DNA of 64,000 nt from Octopus bimaculoides (taxonomy: Eukaryota), in contig NC_068984.1 of assembly GCF_001194135.2 (NCBI RefSeq), forward strand, positions 105,998,692 to 106,062,691, in the 5' to 3' direction. This document shows positions 50,636 to 63,365 of the stretch, piece by piece (position 1 is the stretch's first letter; the number at the start of each line of letters is the position of its first letter). The position numbers and the translations under genes were made by a program. Below the pieces are notes generated by a model. That model worked only from the letters and a program-made list of their open reading frames with translations, was not told the DNA's origin and did no database searches.

Positions 50636-51654
50636 ACCTTGAGAGAAAAGTTGAACCTAAGAAGCATCAGTTGTGGTGTGCAAGAGAGACGATTGCGCTG
50701 GTATGGTCATGTGGTGAGAATGGATGACGATAGCTGTGTGAAAAAGTGCCACTCCCTAGCAGTTGAGGGAACCTGTGGAAGAGGTAGGCCCAAGAAGACC
50801 TGAGATGAGGTGGTGAGGCACGACCTTCGAACAGTGGGCCTCACTGAGGCGATGACTTCTGACCGAGACCTTTGGAAATATGCTTGGAAATGCGTGAAAA
50901 GACCAAGCATGCCAAGTGAGACCTAAATCCAAGGCCTCTGCCAGGGGTGTAGCCAGCCCACTTATGTGTACCTTCCTTCATTGGACACAAAACTCCACTT
51001 GCGAAGACCTGTTGAGGCCAGTGAAATCGGAATCGAAATCGAACTAAATTCGATGACTGGTACCCATGCCAATGTTGTCTCCTTTATTGGACATGAAACT
51101 CGGCTTGTGAAGACCTGTTGGACAAGCGAAAGCGAAATCGGGATAGCACCTGTGCCCAACATCGCTTTCTTGGCATTCGTGCTGGTGGCACGTGTAAAGA
51201 CATTCGAGTGAGATCGTTGCCAGTGCCACTGGACTGGCTTCTATGCAGCACACGAAACTTGGCTTGTGAAGACCTGTTGGGGCAAGCGAAAGCGAAATCG
51301 TTATGGAACCTGTGCCCAGCATCGCCTTCCTGGCACTTGTGCCGGTGGCACGTGTAAAGACATTCAAATGAGATCGTGCCAGTGTCGCTGGACTGGCTCC
51401 TGTGCAGGTGGCATGTAAAATACACCATTTTGGGTGTGACAGTTGCCAGTACCACCTGACTGGCCTTCGTGCCGGTGGCACGTAAAAGCACCCACTACAC
51501 TCTCGGAGTGGTTGGCGTTAGGAAGGGCATCCAACTGTGGAAACTCTGCCAAATCAGATTGGAGCCTGGTGTAGTCATCTGGTTCACCAGTCCTCAGTCA
51601 AATCGTCCAACCCATGCTAGCATGGAAAGCGGACGTTAAACAATGATGATGATG
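50636..51654 (+). mobile_element. Relatively young RTE 3' end with repeat-containing 3' UTR and (GAT)n tail
   Basis: LREKLNLRSISCGVQERRLRWYGHVVRMDDDSCVKKC...GRGRPKKT; many CpGs retained; tail identical in layout to the SINE copies. Confidence 0.9.
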
Positions 51655-52195
51655 AAATGAAAAGTCACTGTCAAACAACCACTCCATTGTCTTTGAAATA
51701 CAGTAAAAAAAAACGTGCATTATGCCATAAACTTTAGAACAGCATAATCACAAAGATAAAGATGAGATATGACCATGTTTAGAATGCTGACAAGACAAGT
51801 GAAGTTTGAAACAAACTAAGAAGCTGAATATCTTTACGTCTTTTTGTGTGCTTGGAGGTGTTGAAATTGTGGTATGCTTTTAAAGATTTATCTAGCTACT
51901 TCTCTACCATAAGTATTTTGAACTAGTGTTAAGAGGGGTTACTCAACAACAACAGTTTATTTAACTTGAAAAGAGATACAGTATTTTTCAGCATATAAGT
52001 TGAATTTTACAGATAAAAATATACAGCTGAAAAAGAAAGTTTGACTTATACACCGAAAAGACTTTGGAGGACTGAAAATTCCATGTGAAATGCAGCAGAA
52101 TTTTAAAAATAATGACTGTGTTTGAATATTTACACATGTTTACACTATATACTATAGAAACATGCATGCTGGAAAATACAATATATGTTCCTTAC

Positions 52196-52395
52196 TTTTG
52201 ACCGTTATTGATGAGAGCATCAATGCAGCTATTTAACAAAGCTAAAGGCTGCTTTCCGTTGGCCACAAGGAAGCACCGGACATATGTTCCTTTAATATAT
52301 AATTGTGGATCAAGGAAATCACAATCAGTAAGTTGGTCAAATCTGTCTTCTGGAAGGTTTGCTAGACATTTACACATCATGTTGTAGAGGTTAGG
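52196..52395 (-). CDS. FOCAD: Focadhesin exon, PNLYNMMCKCLANLPEDRFDQL...GTYVRCFLVANGKQPLALLNSCIDALINNGQ
   Basis: ctttccag acceptor and GTAAGG donor; 200 nt, phase 0 to 2. Similar to recalled LELYISIAKCLLEM...FVKLYLVSQGRFPL. Confidence 0.9.
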
Positions 52396-54697
52396 CTGGA
52401 AAGAACATCAGAAACAATATTATATTGTTGCAAAAATACATTTACAGAAAATAATTCACATATTTCTTTCATTTCTTTTTTTATTTTTATAAATCTTCCT
52501 CTTCATTGCCAGTCTTTTGTCAAAATACAGATTAACAAATCCTTACCAGAACATTTTCCTGCACCTTGTCATACTACTTCATACAATTAGGGGCTACTCT
52601 ACTAGTTATTTTTTCCACTTCTCAGTTATAAACCTTTTTCTCTCACCTGACTTACTCTCCTTCATTCCTCCTCACTAAGAATCCTCACCCTCTCTTTTTT
52701 CTATTCTTCTTGAGTTGGTTCCATGTAAAAAAGGCACCAGTATACTCTATAAAGTGGTAAGCATCAAGAAGAGCAACCAACCATAGAAGCCATGCTAAAT
52801 TTGTAACAAGAGTAGGTCGCAGCACATTAGATCCTGTTGAACATCCAATCCATACCAACATGGAACTGAGATGTTAAATGGCAATGACGATTCTTCATTC
52901 CATTCCTTTTGCCTCATTCACCTGTTTTATACAGATTGCTGTGTCCACTGTTCTCTGTACATTTATATATTTTATGAAACTGAGTTGGGGACTATACTTT
53001 GAAACCTTTTCACCATCCATTCTTCCATTCTTGCTAGAGTGGCCATGTATTGCCTCTACACCAAGACACCTGTTCCTGTCTGTCTATCATACTTTTATCT
53101 ATCAACATCTGGCACAAAGCCACCTCCTTCAACACTGTACTTACACCCTGTCAAGAGTTTTATTTTGTAAGTTACTTGATGATCTCATTAGTGCTGGTGC
53201 TAAGAAAAAAATAGCACCCATTACATACTGTAAAGTGGTTGGCTTTAGGAAGGGCATCCAGCTGTAGAGATAATGCCAAAGCAGACAGTGGAATCCAATG
53301 TAGACCTTTGGCTTTTAGGATCCTTTCAAACCATCCAATTCATGCTAGCATGAAATGTGGACATTAAATAAAGTTGATGATGATGATAATAAGCTAGTGG
53401 CTCAACACCCAACTCTCCACTCAAAGAAGGGCGATTTTGTTGAGCTAAAAAGTACAAGCTAACACAGTCAACGTTACAAAAGTGCTTTTATAGTAGAGAA
53501 CTATACATCACAGTAGCACTTACTTAAAGATGTATACACTAGGTAATTAAGAGCAAATTGCTTTCGACATGAACACAATGCAATGCAAGATGCAACATAA
53601 TAACTGCTAATTTCCTAGCTAGTGTTGCAGTGTTCTGTTGTATCAGTTATCTTCACTCTCTGTTGCAAATATGGAAAATAATTTTGTCGGCAACAGTAAA
53701 GAATGAAAAAAAGAGAAAGAGAAGAAAAACAAAACAAGAGAAAATTCAAAGAGAATACAGTGCAAAACCCATTTATTGTTAAAGCACAAGTAGAATGTTT
53801 TATAATAATGATAGACAAGTGAAATATTGTCAATTTAGTTAGATTGGACACAAAGAAAGTGAACAGTGCCAAAGAATTCTTTCAGACTGAGTTTATTGGT
53901 ATAGATATGATATCAGATAATATAGTCATTGCTACAATGAATACTGAAAAGGGTCAGAAAATGAAGAAAACATGCCAGAAAATTGTCTCTCATATTTGCC
54001 AGGAAAATGAAAATATTAGTGCTTTATTAATGTGTTTTTCTCCTCACCTCACATATGTATTTGTAGTCAACTTCTTTAATAATTGCTGCAGTAGTTGTAC
54101 CAGCAGCAGTAGCACCCCACCGCAACAATAAGGCCATTGTTGGGAAACTTACACATGCACATACACACACATGATGGTTGTCGGCTTATCAGCCAAGCAT
54201 GACCATCACTGACAGGTAAGAACATAAGATAAGAGTTATGCATCAGCAATACCTATGCAAGGGTTTTAAGCCAAGTGTAGCTTACACAACACTCCAATGA
54301 ATCTCACTAGCAATACCAAGAAGTCCAGAGACAAGCAAAGTGCAAGATACCAAGCTCAGTAGAGCAGCAGGTTTTATATATAAGGTTGCCTTCTCCAAGA
54401 GGGATGCCTTGACAAAGACCTTGGGGTCCCTCATTCCCAGTGGGCTTACTGTGCCTTCAGACACCAACCCAAGTACTTCTATGTCCTGTCACACACACAC
54501 ACACACACACTTACATATGATGCTCTTGCAGTTTCCATCAGTGAAATCTACTCACAAGGCTTTGGTTGGCTTGTGATTATAGAAGAAGACACTTGCCCAA
54601 GGTGGCATGCAGTAGGACTGAACTTAAAACCACGTGATTGAGAATTGAACTTCTTAACCACACAGCCAAACCTGTACCTGTGCATGTTAACATTAAT

Positions 54698-54732
<35 letters not shown>

Positions 54733-54837
54733 AATAAAACAGATATTAGAAGTAAGAAATTAATGACTATTATTATTATGATACACATTAATTGAAAACG
54801 TTTAAAACTTGTGTTCAAAAATAAAGCTAGTTCATAC

Positions 54838-55089
54838 CTGAAAATGTGGTGGTAGTGCTTTGTATATACGTTCCACGGTGGTGTACAAGAGCTCAGTAAC
54901 AGACTCTGGAGGGTCATTCACCATTAATGCTTTCTGTAGACCATTCAAAGTGACAGAAGACTGAGATTGTCTTTGGTCAAAGAGAAACGGGTTAATGCAT
55001 TCATGTTCCAGAAATTCCTTGAGTGTTTTCAAAGGGATGCATTTGATGAGGACATCCAAGTTTTGATAAAATATATTCTGAGCTTCCAC
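54838..55089 (-). CDS. FOCAD: Focadhesin exon, VEAQNIFYQNLDVLIKCIP...LQKALMVNDPPESVTELLYTTVERIYKALPPHFQ
   Basis: ttttttcttag acceptor and GTATGA donor; 252 nt, phase 0 to 0; ORF 54832..55089. Similar to recalled FOCAD LHGLSQAMKLPSP...IFDLLP. Confidence 0.9.
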
Positions 55090-55744
55090 CTAAGAAAAAA
55101 ACAATTTAGGATGTCACATTTTAAACTTGTTCAATGGTTGTGGAAATTTAGACATGGAGTTAACAAATCTAGATATTTATTGCTTTGGAATTCTGTGATT
55201 CCATGGTTAAATTATGTCCAAGGATGGAATGAACAATCAACTACAATTTTATGAAGGGGCTTTTCAGCTTTCTACTCTAACTTTAAATATGAATGTACTG
55301 AGTGGATGAAAGAGCCAAAATATTTTTTGCTAACACTCTAGAAACAGCAACCAACCACTGTAACCTTAAGTATGAGCCACTATATATTTGACTTGCTAGA
55401 AATAGTAGCCATCGTGACTTCAGCCATGAATATAATAAGTAAATGAAAAAGCTGCTATATGTTGGCCTCACTTCCTAGAAATAGAAGCTTTCCACCCTAG
55501 CCTTAAACATGGATATATTGAGTGAATGAGAGAGCCAAATCTCCTTCAAAGCACACCTTACCATATGGGAAAGGACAAGATGGTCATGACCAGAAAGTTA
55601 TTGCTCATTGGTTTGCATGAAGAGATGAGACCTGGAGCTAAAAATGACAACAACAACAACAACAACAGCATGACAATTATTGAAAAGAGGTTTTAGTGTT
55701 AATCATTGTTGTTAGTAGAGTCATAAAGTTGTAAAGCAACTTAC

Positions 55745-55860
55745 AGGTAAAGAATTAAATAAAGCTGAACCAAGCCATGTTGCAAGGAACACGGAAGCAG
55801 ATGAAGATGTCGTTGACTGAGATATTGCTATTTGAAGGCTGAGACATTTTACTTCAACAC
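55745..55860 (-). CDS. FOCAD: Focadhesin exon, GVEVKCLSLQIAISQSTTSSSASVFLATWLGSALFNSLP
   Basis: ctttttacag acceptor and GTAAGT donor; 116 nt, phase 1 to 0. Aligns with recalled GEEIQQLCLEIMVTQAQSSQNAAALLGLWVTPPLIHSLS. Confidence 0.88.
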
Positions 55861-56809
55861 CTGTAAAAAGATATAAAAATGATGAATAAAACATAATACA
55901 ATGATCTTTAATTGTCAGTAATGATTTCGTCTAACATATATAAGGCTGTGTCATCATCATCATAATTATCACCCTCATTCAACTTCCACTTTTCCATGCT
56001 TACATGAGTTTGACAGAAATTTGTTGAGGCAAACTCTGATGCCCTTGCTGTCACTGACCCTCATCTGTTTCTAAGCAAGGTAATGTTTCCCTAGGGCCAG
56101 GCATGTTTTCCTAGAAGACTGGAAATGAGGGTGATGCTGGTTTACAATCATCATGTAACTCAACCAACCTTTGCACTGGTCAAAAGGGATAAACATCCTT
56201 CTGGTAAACATCCGTTAATGTTATATTACCCGAAGAAATGAAACCATGCAAATGATCTACCTGATGGCCATGGACACTATGGACTACACTAGTAATCATC
56301 CCAGGAATACGGACTGTGGTCTTAAGAAACATGTGATTTGTGGAAATGCATCTAGAGATGCATTAAATGTTTATAAATTCCTTCTAAGGATTATTGTTAT
56401 TATTACTATATATATATATATATATATATTTAACTCTTCGAAACGCTTAGTTTTAGAATGGTGGCAGCTGATGAAGGTTATGTTCTCTATGTGGCCTGTG
56501 TGTTTTCTGTACTCTGTTTATCATTTTGTCCACGTTTTTTTGCAACGTCCTGTACCCAGATATGCATCTATATATTCATGTAGATGTAGGTATGTACATA
56601 CATGTATGTATCATCATCATCATCGTTTAACGTCCGCTTTCCATGCTAGCATGGGTTGGACGATTTGACTGAGGACTGGTGAAACCGGATGGCAACACCA
56701 GGCTCCAGTCTGATTTGGCAGAGTTTCTACAGCTGGATGCCCTTCCTAACGCCAACCACTCAGAGAGTGTATGTGTATATATATGTATATATATGTGTAT
56801 GTATGTGTG

Positions 56810-56846
<37 letters not shown>

Positions 56847-57043
56847 GAAAGAGGGTTTGAAAATGCAGAGGTCTTTTAAAGATGTTATTGACTAGACCGG
56901 TTTCACTTTTAAAAAAAAAAAGATTATGAAAAGTAAAATGTAAAGCTTTGTATGATCTTTGTTGTGTTAAAAAATGGTTATCGTAATTGTATTAAAATAC
57001 AGTTATACAGTCTTTGAAAATGATAAGAGAATGTAAAGAGGGG

Positions 57044-57739
57044 CTTTTTGTTTAAACAGTTTACATGAAAGTGTTCAAAATGGGTAGTAAAATAAATCTA
57101 TAATTATTTTATGTTCATCAAAAATCATGGTTAAGTATTAATACAGGATTTTTGGGGAATGACCTAAAATGTCTTGTAGTGTGTGTATGAGAGATGTTTG
57201 CTATTTTAAAACATAGTGTGGGAGGTTGGTTGGTGGGGGAGAGCATTATGGAATCAAAAAGATTTTTTTGTTTTGGGACTAGTCTGTCATAGCTCAGTGG
57301 TTTTTGTGATTGGTCTTAGAGTTCAAAATGGTGTGTGTGTGTGTGTGTGTGTCTTGGTGCACATTTCTATGTGTGTGTGTATATATATGTGCACACACCA
57401 TTTTGAACTCTAAGACCAATCACAAAAACCACTGAGCCATGACAGACTAGTCCCAAAACAAAACAAAAAATTTTTGATTCCATAATGCTCTCCTCCACCA
57501 ACCAACCTCCCACACTATGTTTAAAAATAGCAAACATCTCTCATAGGCACACTACAAGACAGAAGATGATGAATGGAAAGGTTGGTCATTCCCCTAAAAT
57601 CCTGTATAAATACTTACATATATTTCCTTCTGTATATATGCTTCTTATACAACCATGATTTTTGATGAACTTAAAATAATTATAGATTTATTTTACTATC
57701 TATTTTGAACACTTTCATGTAAACTGTTTAAACAAAAAG
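57044..57739. repeat. Long foldback inverted repeat (arms ~57044-57336 and ~57392-57739, microsatellite spacer)
   Basis: ctttttgtttaaacagtttacatgaaagtgttcaaaat...ttagagttcaaaatggtg is mirrored by caccattttgaactctaa...cactttcatgtaaactgtttaaacaaaaag. Confidence 0.95.
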
Positions 57740-57803
57740 AGGGAAAGAGGGAGAGAAAGAGGGAGAGAGAGAGAGGGAGGGAGAGAGAGAGAGAGAGAGA
57801 GAG

Positions 57804-58183
57804 NNNNNNNNNNNNNNNNNNNNNNNNNNNNNNNNNNNNNNNNNNNNNNNNNNNNNNNNNNNNNNNNNNNNNNNNNNNNNNNNNNNNNNNNNNNNNNNNN
57901 NNNNNNNNNNNNNNNNNNNNNNNNNNNNNNNNNNNNNNNNNNNNNNNNNNNNNNNNNNNNNNNNNNNNNNNNNNNNNNNNNNNNNNNNNNNNNNNNNNNN
58001 NNNNNNNNNNNNNNNNNNNNNNNNNNNNNNNNNNNNNNNNNNNNNNNNNNNNNNNNNNNNNNNNNNNNNNNNNNNNNNNNNNNNNNNNNNNNNNNNNNNN
58101 NNNNNNNNNNNNNNNNNNNNNNNNNNNNNNNNNNNNNNNNNNNNNNNNNNNNNNNNNNNNNNNNNNNNNNNNNNNNNNNNNNN
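57804..58183. other. Assembly gap (380 N) inside the FOCAD intron where a conserved exon is expected
   Basis: Read directly from sequence. Confidence 0.95.
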
Positions 58184-58210
58184 ATATATATATCTACTGC
58201 AATCTATTTG

Positions 58211-58437
58211 TCAACCCTTTTGATACCAACCTGTCTGAGACTGTTCTTGGTTTTATGATACAAAATTTTCTGTTTAAAGGTGATCTAAACTGAAACACTC
58301 CATCAAAATTACATACGAATTTGTTTCAAACACTAGCTTAATAATAACAAATTATTTTAAGAAATTCTTCATTATTTTCAAAATTGATTGAAATGAAGGA
58401 GTGTATTTCAATGAAAATATGTTAATAAGAGGGTGAA
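58211..58437. mobile_element. Second piggyBac-like MITE family, degenerate
   Basis: Ends caacccttttgatac ... ataagagggtgaa approximate TTAA-CCCTTT...AAAGGG-TTAA. Confidence 0.45.
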
Positions 58438-59573
58438 GAGGCTGAGGTTAAGTGGAACAGCAGCATCATCGTAGTATTTAGTTTGATCTTTTACTTGTAT
58501 TGAGCTGAGGAAATTGAAGTATTCAAATGCTTATAGACAGATTAATACCAGAAGGATAAAAAATATAATTTAAAAAATGGTGTGGAAAGAGATTATAATG
58601 ATGAATTTTATAAAAATTGATCAGTTTATTTTCTTTTTGCTTCAATTTTTATTGCAAAAAGAATACTTAAAATTATGTGTTGAATTATATTTGTAAAGTT
58701 GAACCAGCTTAAATAAATAGAATATAAAATGGCATTCTGATAAAACTTTAAAAATAAATTATATTTAACTGAACAAGTTCAAATCTTCTAGATTATTCTG
58801 TATTTGATTTTTAAATTCCCTTTTCTTTTTTTTTCTTTTCTGATATAGGAAGAGCACATTTGAATTTCATGTCATATTATTTGTAATGTGACAAAGAAGC
58901 CAGACGTATTTTTTTTTTTTCAAACATATTTACGTTTATATAATGTATTTAGCAAGAAGAAAGTCACCAAACAGAAAATGCAATATTATAGAAAACAGGA
59001 AATAAAGGTCTATTAAACTTTACACAATGTTTAGATGGAGTGATTATAAGCACAGTGTTTTAATATATACAAAATTACTCAGATAAACAATAAATAAAAT
59101 GTATAAATACAAGTAATTAATACTAGAAAACACAAATGAGCATTTTTGAGTATTATAGGCTGTGGCAGAAAAATTTTTCATATTTTACACATCAAGACTG
59201 GTGAATCTGAGAGGTGTTTTGCCACGACCTGCAGTCATAAAATATGAATTGTAGTTAATTCTTTAGCATTCAGATTAATTTAATTAATTTATCAAATATA
59301 ATGCTTATTTATCAACATTTACAAAAAAAATTAATCATGTAGTACCTTACTGCTTCAAGATTTTGAAGATGTGATTGTTTATTTTTAGAATTACATTGTA
59401 GGGTAGGTATGGAAGGCTGGATTTGGCCAGTTTGAACATATAACAGGTAGAATATTTGGTCCAGATATAGCAAGTTTAATGGTAAAGAGTTAAGTCATAG
59501 TTGAATAATCTTACTTGATTTTTTTTCAGTAATATTTGAGGTTAATGAAGATTTGAGCAACATTAATTCTTAC

Positions 59574-59654
59574 CTCGTTTGCCTTGATCAAGTAGAAAAT
59601 CTACTAATGCACGAATTATGTATTTGTTATCCAAATAATGATAATTGGTAGGAA
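59574..59654 (-). CDS. FOCAD: Focadhesin exon, (V)PTNYHYLDNKYIIRALVDFLLDQGKR(G)
   Basis: tttttcag acceptor and GTAAGA donor; 81 nt, phase 1 to 1. Matches the recalled FOCAD segment VPTDYSYL...GKKG. Not in the ORF track because it is too short. Confidence 0.9.
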
Positions 59655-60837
59655 CTGAAAAACAAACATTATAGGTATTCCAATATGTATTAAAATGCAG
59701 TTTAACTGAAAAGGAAGGTGAACAAATGTTAGCTATAAGCCTGATTTCATGTTATTCACAGGCATGGCTGTGTAGTTAAGAAACTTGCTTCTCAATCATG
59801 TAGTCATGGGTTCAGCTCACTGCATGGCACCTTAGGCAAGTATTTTCTAATACCAGACCAAAGCTACATGAACAAGTTTGGCAGATGGAAACTTTAAAAA
59901 AAGCCTGATGTTCTGGTGATCTGATGAGCTAGCTTTCTTCATTTGCCTTAATTTATGAATATTCAATTGTATTGTATAATGCCGAGCATACATATTAATG
60001 CAAACATGTATACATAATTTCTTGCATGCAGAAATTAATAGCACATGAAGAAGGTTGGGAATTGGCCAGAATCCAGCAGAAGTCACTTGGTTAGATGAAT
60101 AATATATATTTAACTCTCAAACCTTCTGACTTCATGTGTGTATATATATATATATATATATATGTTACCGTTAAAATACATAATTTAGTTATTTAATGAA
60201 ATAACTAGGTATTTCATGAATTACCTGGCTGAATCAGTTAAAGTGTATAAAATTATTACATTGTAGAATGTAATAATTTTATACACTTTAACTGNNNNNN
60301 NNNNNNNNNNNNNNNNNNNNNNNNNNNNNNNNNNNNNNNNNNNNNNNNNNNNNNNNNNNNNNNNNNNNNNNNNNNNNNNNNNNNNNNNNNNNNNNNNNNN
60401 NNNNNNNNNNNNNNNNNNNNNNNNNNNNNNNNNNNNNNNNNNNNNNNNNNNNNNNNNNNNNNNNNNNNNNNNNNNNNNNNNNNNNNNNNNNNNNNNNNNN
60501 NNNNNNNNNNNNNNNNNNNNNNNNNNNNNNNNNNNNNNNNNNNNNNNNNNNNNNNNNNNNNNNNNNNNNNNNNNNNNNNNNNNNNNNNNNNNNNNNNNNN
60601 NNNNNNNNNNNNNNNNNNNNNNNNNNNNNNNNNNNNNNNNNNNNNNNNNNNNNNNNNNNNNNNNNNNNNNNNNNNNNNNNNNNNNNNNNNNNNNNNNNNN
60701 NNNNNNNNNNNNNNNNNNNNNNNNNNNNNNNNNNNNNNNNNNNNNNNNNNNNNNNNNNNNNNNNNNNNNNNNNNNNNNNNNNNNNNNNNNNNNNNNNNNN
60801 NNNNNNNNNNNNNNNNNNNNNNNNNNNNNNNNNNNNN

Positions 60838-60910
<73 letters not shown>

Positions 60911-60944
60911 ACATAAATATAAAAAAAAACAAATGTTTTCTTCT

Positions 60945-61180
60945 CGAGCCATGCCAAGCTCATAAGGGCTGGTTTCTTGGTTTCAGTGGCATATAGATTC
61001 CCCACCTGAATGGAACGCCAATCTGTCATTGGGTTACACATTTTTGCCAGCTAAATGGACTGGAGCAATGTGAACTGAAGTGATTTGCTTATGAACACAA
61101 CGCATCGTCCGGTCTAGGAATCGAAACCGCAATCTTATGCATATGAGTCCAATACCCTGAGCACTAAGCCATGCACCTCC
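60945..61180 (-). mobile_element. tRNA-derived SINE
   Basis: On -: ggaggtgcatggcttagtg (A-box) ... ggtttcgattcct (B-box) followed by the core gcgttgtgttc.taagcaaatcactt. Confidence 0.75.
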
Positions 61181-61733
61181 ACATACATACATACACACAC
61201 ACATATATATATACACACTCATTTTAACAGATGCAGCATAGATCGCCATCAAAGCTAATATTTCATTCTATTAATGGCATATAACGTTTTCATGGTATTG
61301 CACCTAATTTTATTTCTGATATCTTCATGTTAATGATTCAAATATTAATTCTCGACATAAAACCATTTGCTATCATTAGCTATGGTGACCTCACAATCTC
61401 CCATTATATTCTAAGATATTGGCACTTACTTTTCCATGATTCTGGTAATCTAACTCAAATGATTTGATATGGTGTCAGCACTTTCTTTTATTATATTTCA
61501 AGCTTTGAGAACACATTTCAGTTAATTTTCAACAGTCTAATTCAATTAATATATTCAATTGCCTCACTAATCACTTGTTATTCAATAAAATTTACATGGC
61601 TGCAAATATGTATTATATGAGTCTTTATTCTTGGAATTATAATTGCTAGTTTCTTTGGTTAGTTACTGTCTCTGACTTTAAGCAGTTCTAGACCTCTATG
61701 GATATTATCAATCTTTATGTATTCATAAATAAG

Positions 61734-61776
<43 letters not shown>

Positions 61777-61866
61777 TATATNNNNNNNNNNNNNNNNNNN
61801 NNNNNNNNNNNNNNNNNNNNNNNNNNNNNNNNNNNNNNNNNNNNNNNNNNNNNNNNNNNNNNACAT

Positions 61867-61911
<45 letters not shown>

Positions 61912-63365
61912 TGATATATTGTTTGCTACTCATCACCTCAGCCACTTACAATGAAACTATTTAGCATGAGCATATAAAGACAGACAAATGACAGCTAATT
62001 AAGATGATCACATATCACTAATCAACAGAGTAACTCTTAAATCTTCTCATTAGATAGAGGTAGGCAACTAATTAAATCATATTTGAATAGTGATTTATTC
62101 ATTAATGTCATAAGATGCAAAATTGAAAAGAAATGACAATTTCGTTAATGAATAACAATTTAAAAATTGCTGCATCATTGCATAGTAAATCATATTGGTT
62201 ATTTAAAAACAAGAGTGATCATTATATTCAATTTTACTATATGAATTTGTTTACAAATCTCTTTCATGTTTTACGTACTGCAGTCATTGGACTGTGGCCA
62301 TGTTGGAGCACCACCTTGAAGGGTGTCTGGCCTCTTCTGACAAACTGCTGAATTATGGGGATATAAACAAACTGACTCCAGTTGTTCAGTGAAGAGTGGA
62401 AACAAACCCAACACACAAATACATACATATATGGTGAGTTTCTATCAGTTTCCATTGATCAAATCCACTCACAAGGTTTTGGTTGGGCTAGTTCAATAGT
62501 TCCCCAAATTAATATGTTTTAAGTTTTTACTGGTACATTTATGATCTGGTGCTCTACTTCACTGTATCAGAATTAAAGGCTAGTTCTTGTTAGTTACACA
62601 TGTATCTTCTGCCGATGAACTCTCTTTCCTGGGTCTATCTTTCATTTCTTTCGTCATTAATATCTTGTTACATATTTTTCTTTATTCATTTTGCACATAC
62701 TTTCACTTTCTATCTTGAGGTTTCACCTTGACACTTCATCATCACTATTTCTTTTCTATCTTTCTAGTTCCACGCCTAGTGACTCTCCCAACCTCTCTTT
62801 TATGTGTGTAACCATATACTTCCTCTACAGCAACAAACCTGTACTGTTCTGTATCTTTCTTACATACTGCAACCTCTCCTAGCATAAGACTGTCTTCCCC
62901 TCTACTGTATCTCCACTCATTCAAAGAGGGTCTTCATCTTTCAAGTTGCCTACCAACTTCACTAATGTTAGTGTCATGAAAAAGAAGAAAGAAAAATTAC
63001 CTAGTAGATTCTGAAAAGTGATTGGCATTAGTAAGGGCATCCAGCCATAGAGACCATACCAAAATTGACACTGGAGCATGATATAGTCCTTGGAGTCATT
63101 GGATACTGTTATGCCATGCAAGTTATGCCAGCATGGAAGACAGTTGTTAAAAGGTGGTGTTGATGATGTTTATGATAATGATGACAATGAAGGTTATCTC
63201 ATCCCCCACCTGTTTTTTTTTTTCCTGTCTTCTCTTTCTTTTTTTAGTCCTGTTTCTTATATTGTTGTTGCAAAATAATATATAAAGACTTTTTTCACAA
63301 GTATACTTTTGGGATCTATAGAGTTTTTTTTTGGTCATTTTAAAAATAGCAAAATTAATAGTTAC

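Noticed and set aside
50985-51420. CRISPR-like or hammerhead-type array
   Set aside because: The units are long diverged tandem modules of an RTE 3' UTR with no unique spacers, and GTGAAGA...GAAA lacks the C3 and pairing needed for a hammerhead.
59150-59235. ctgcag acceptor as the missing FOCAD exon
   Set aside because: All three frames hit stops within about 17 codons and show no PPxNW similarity.
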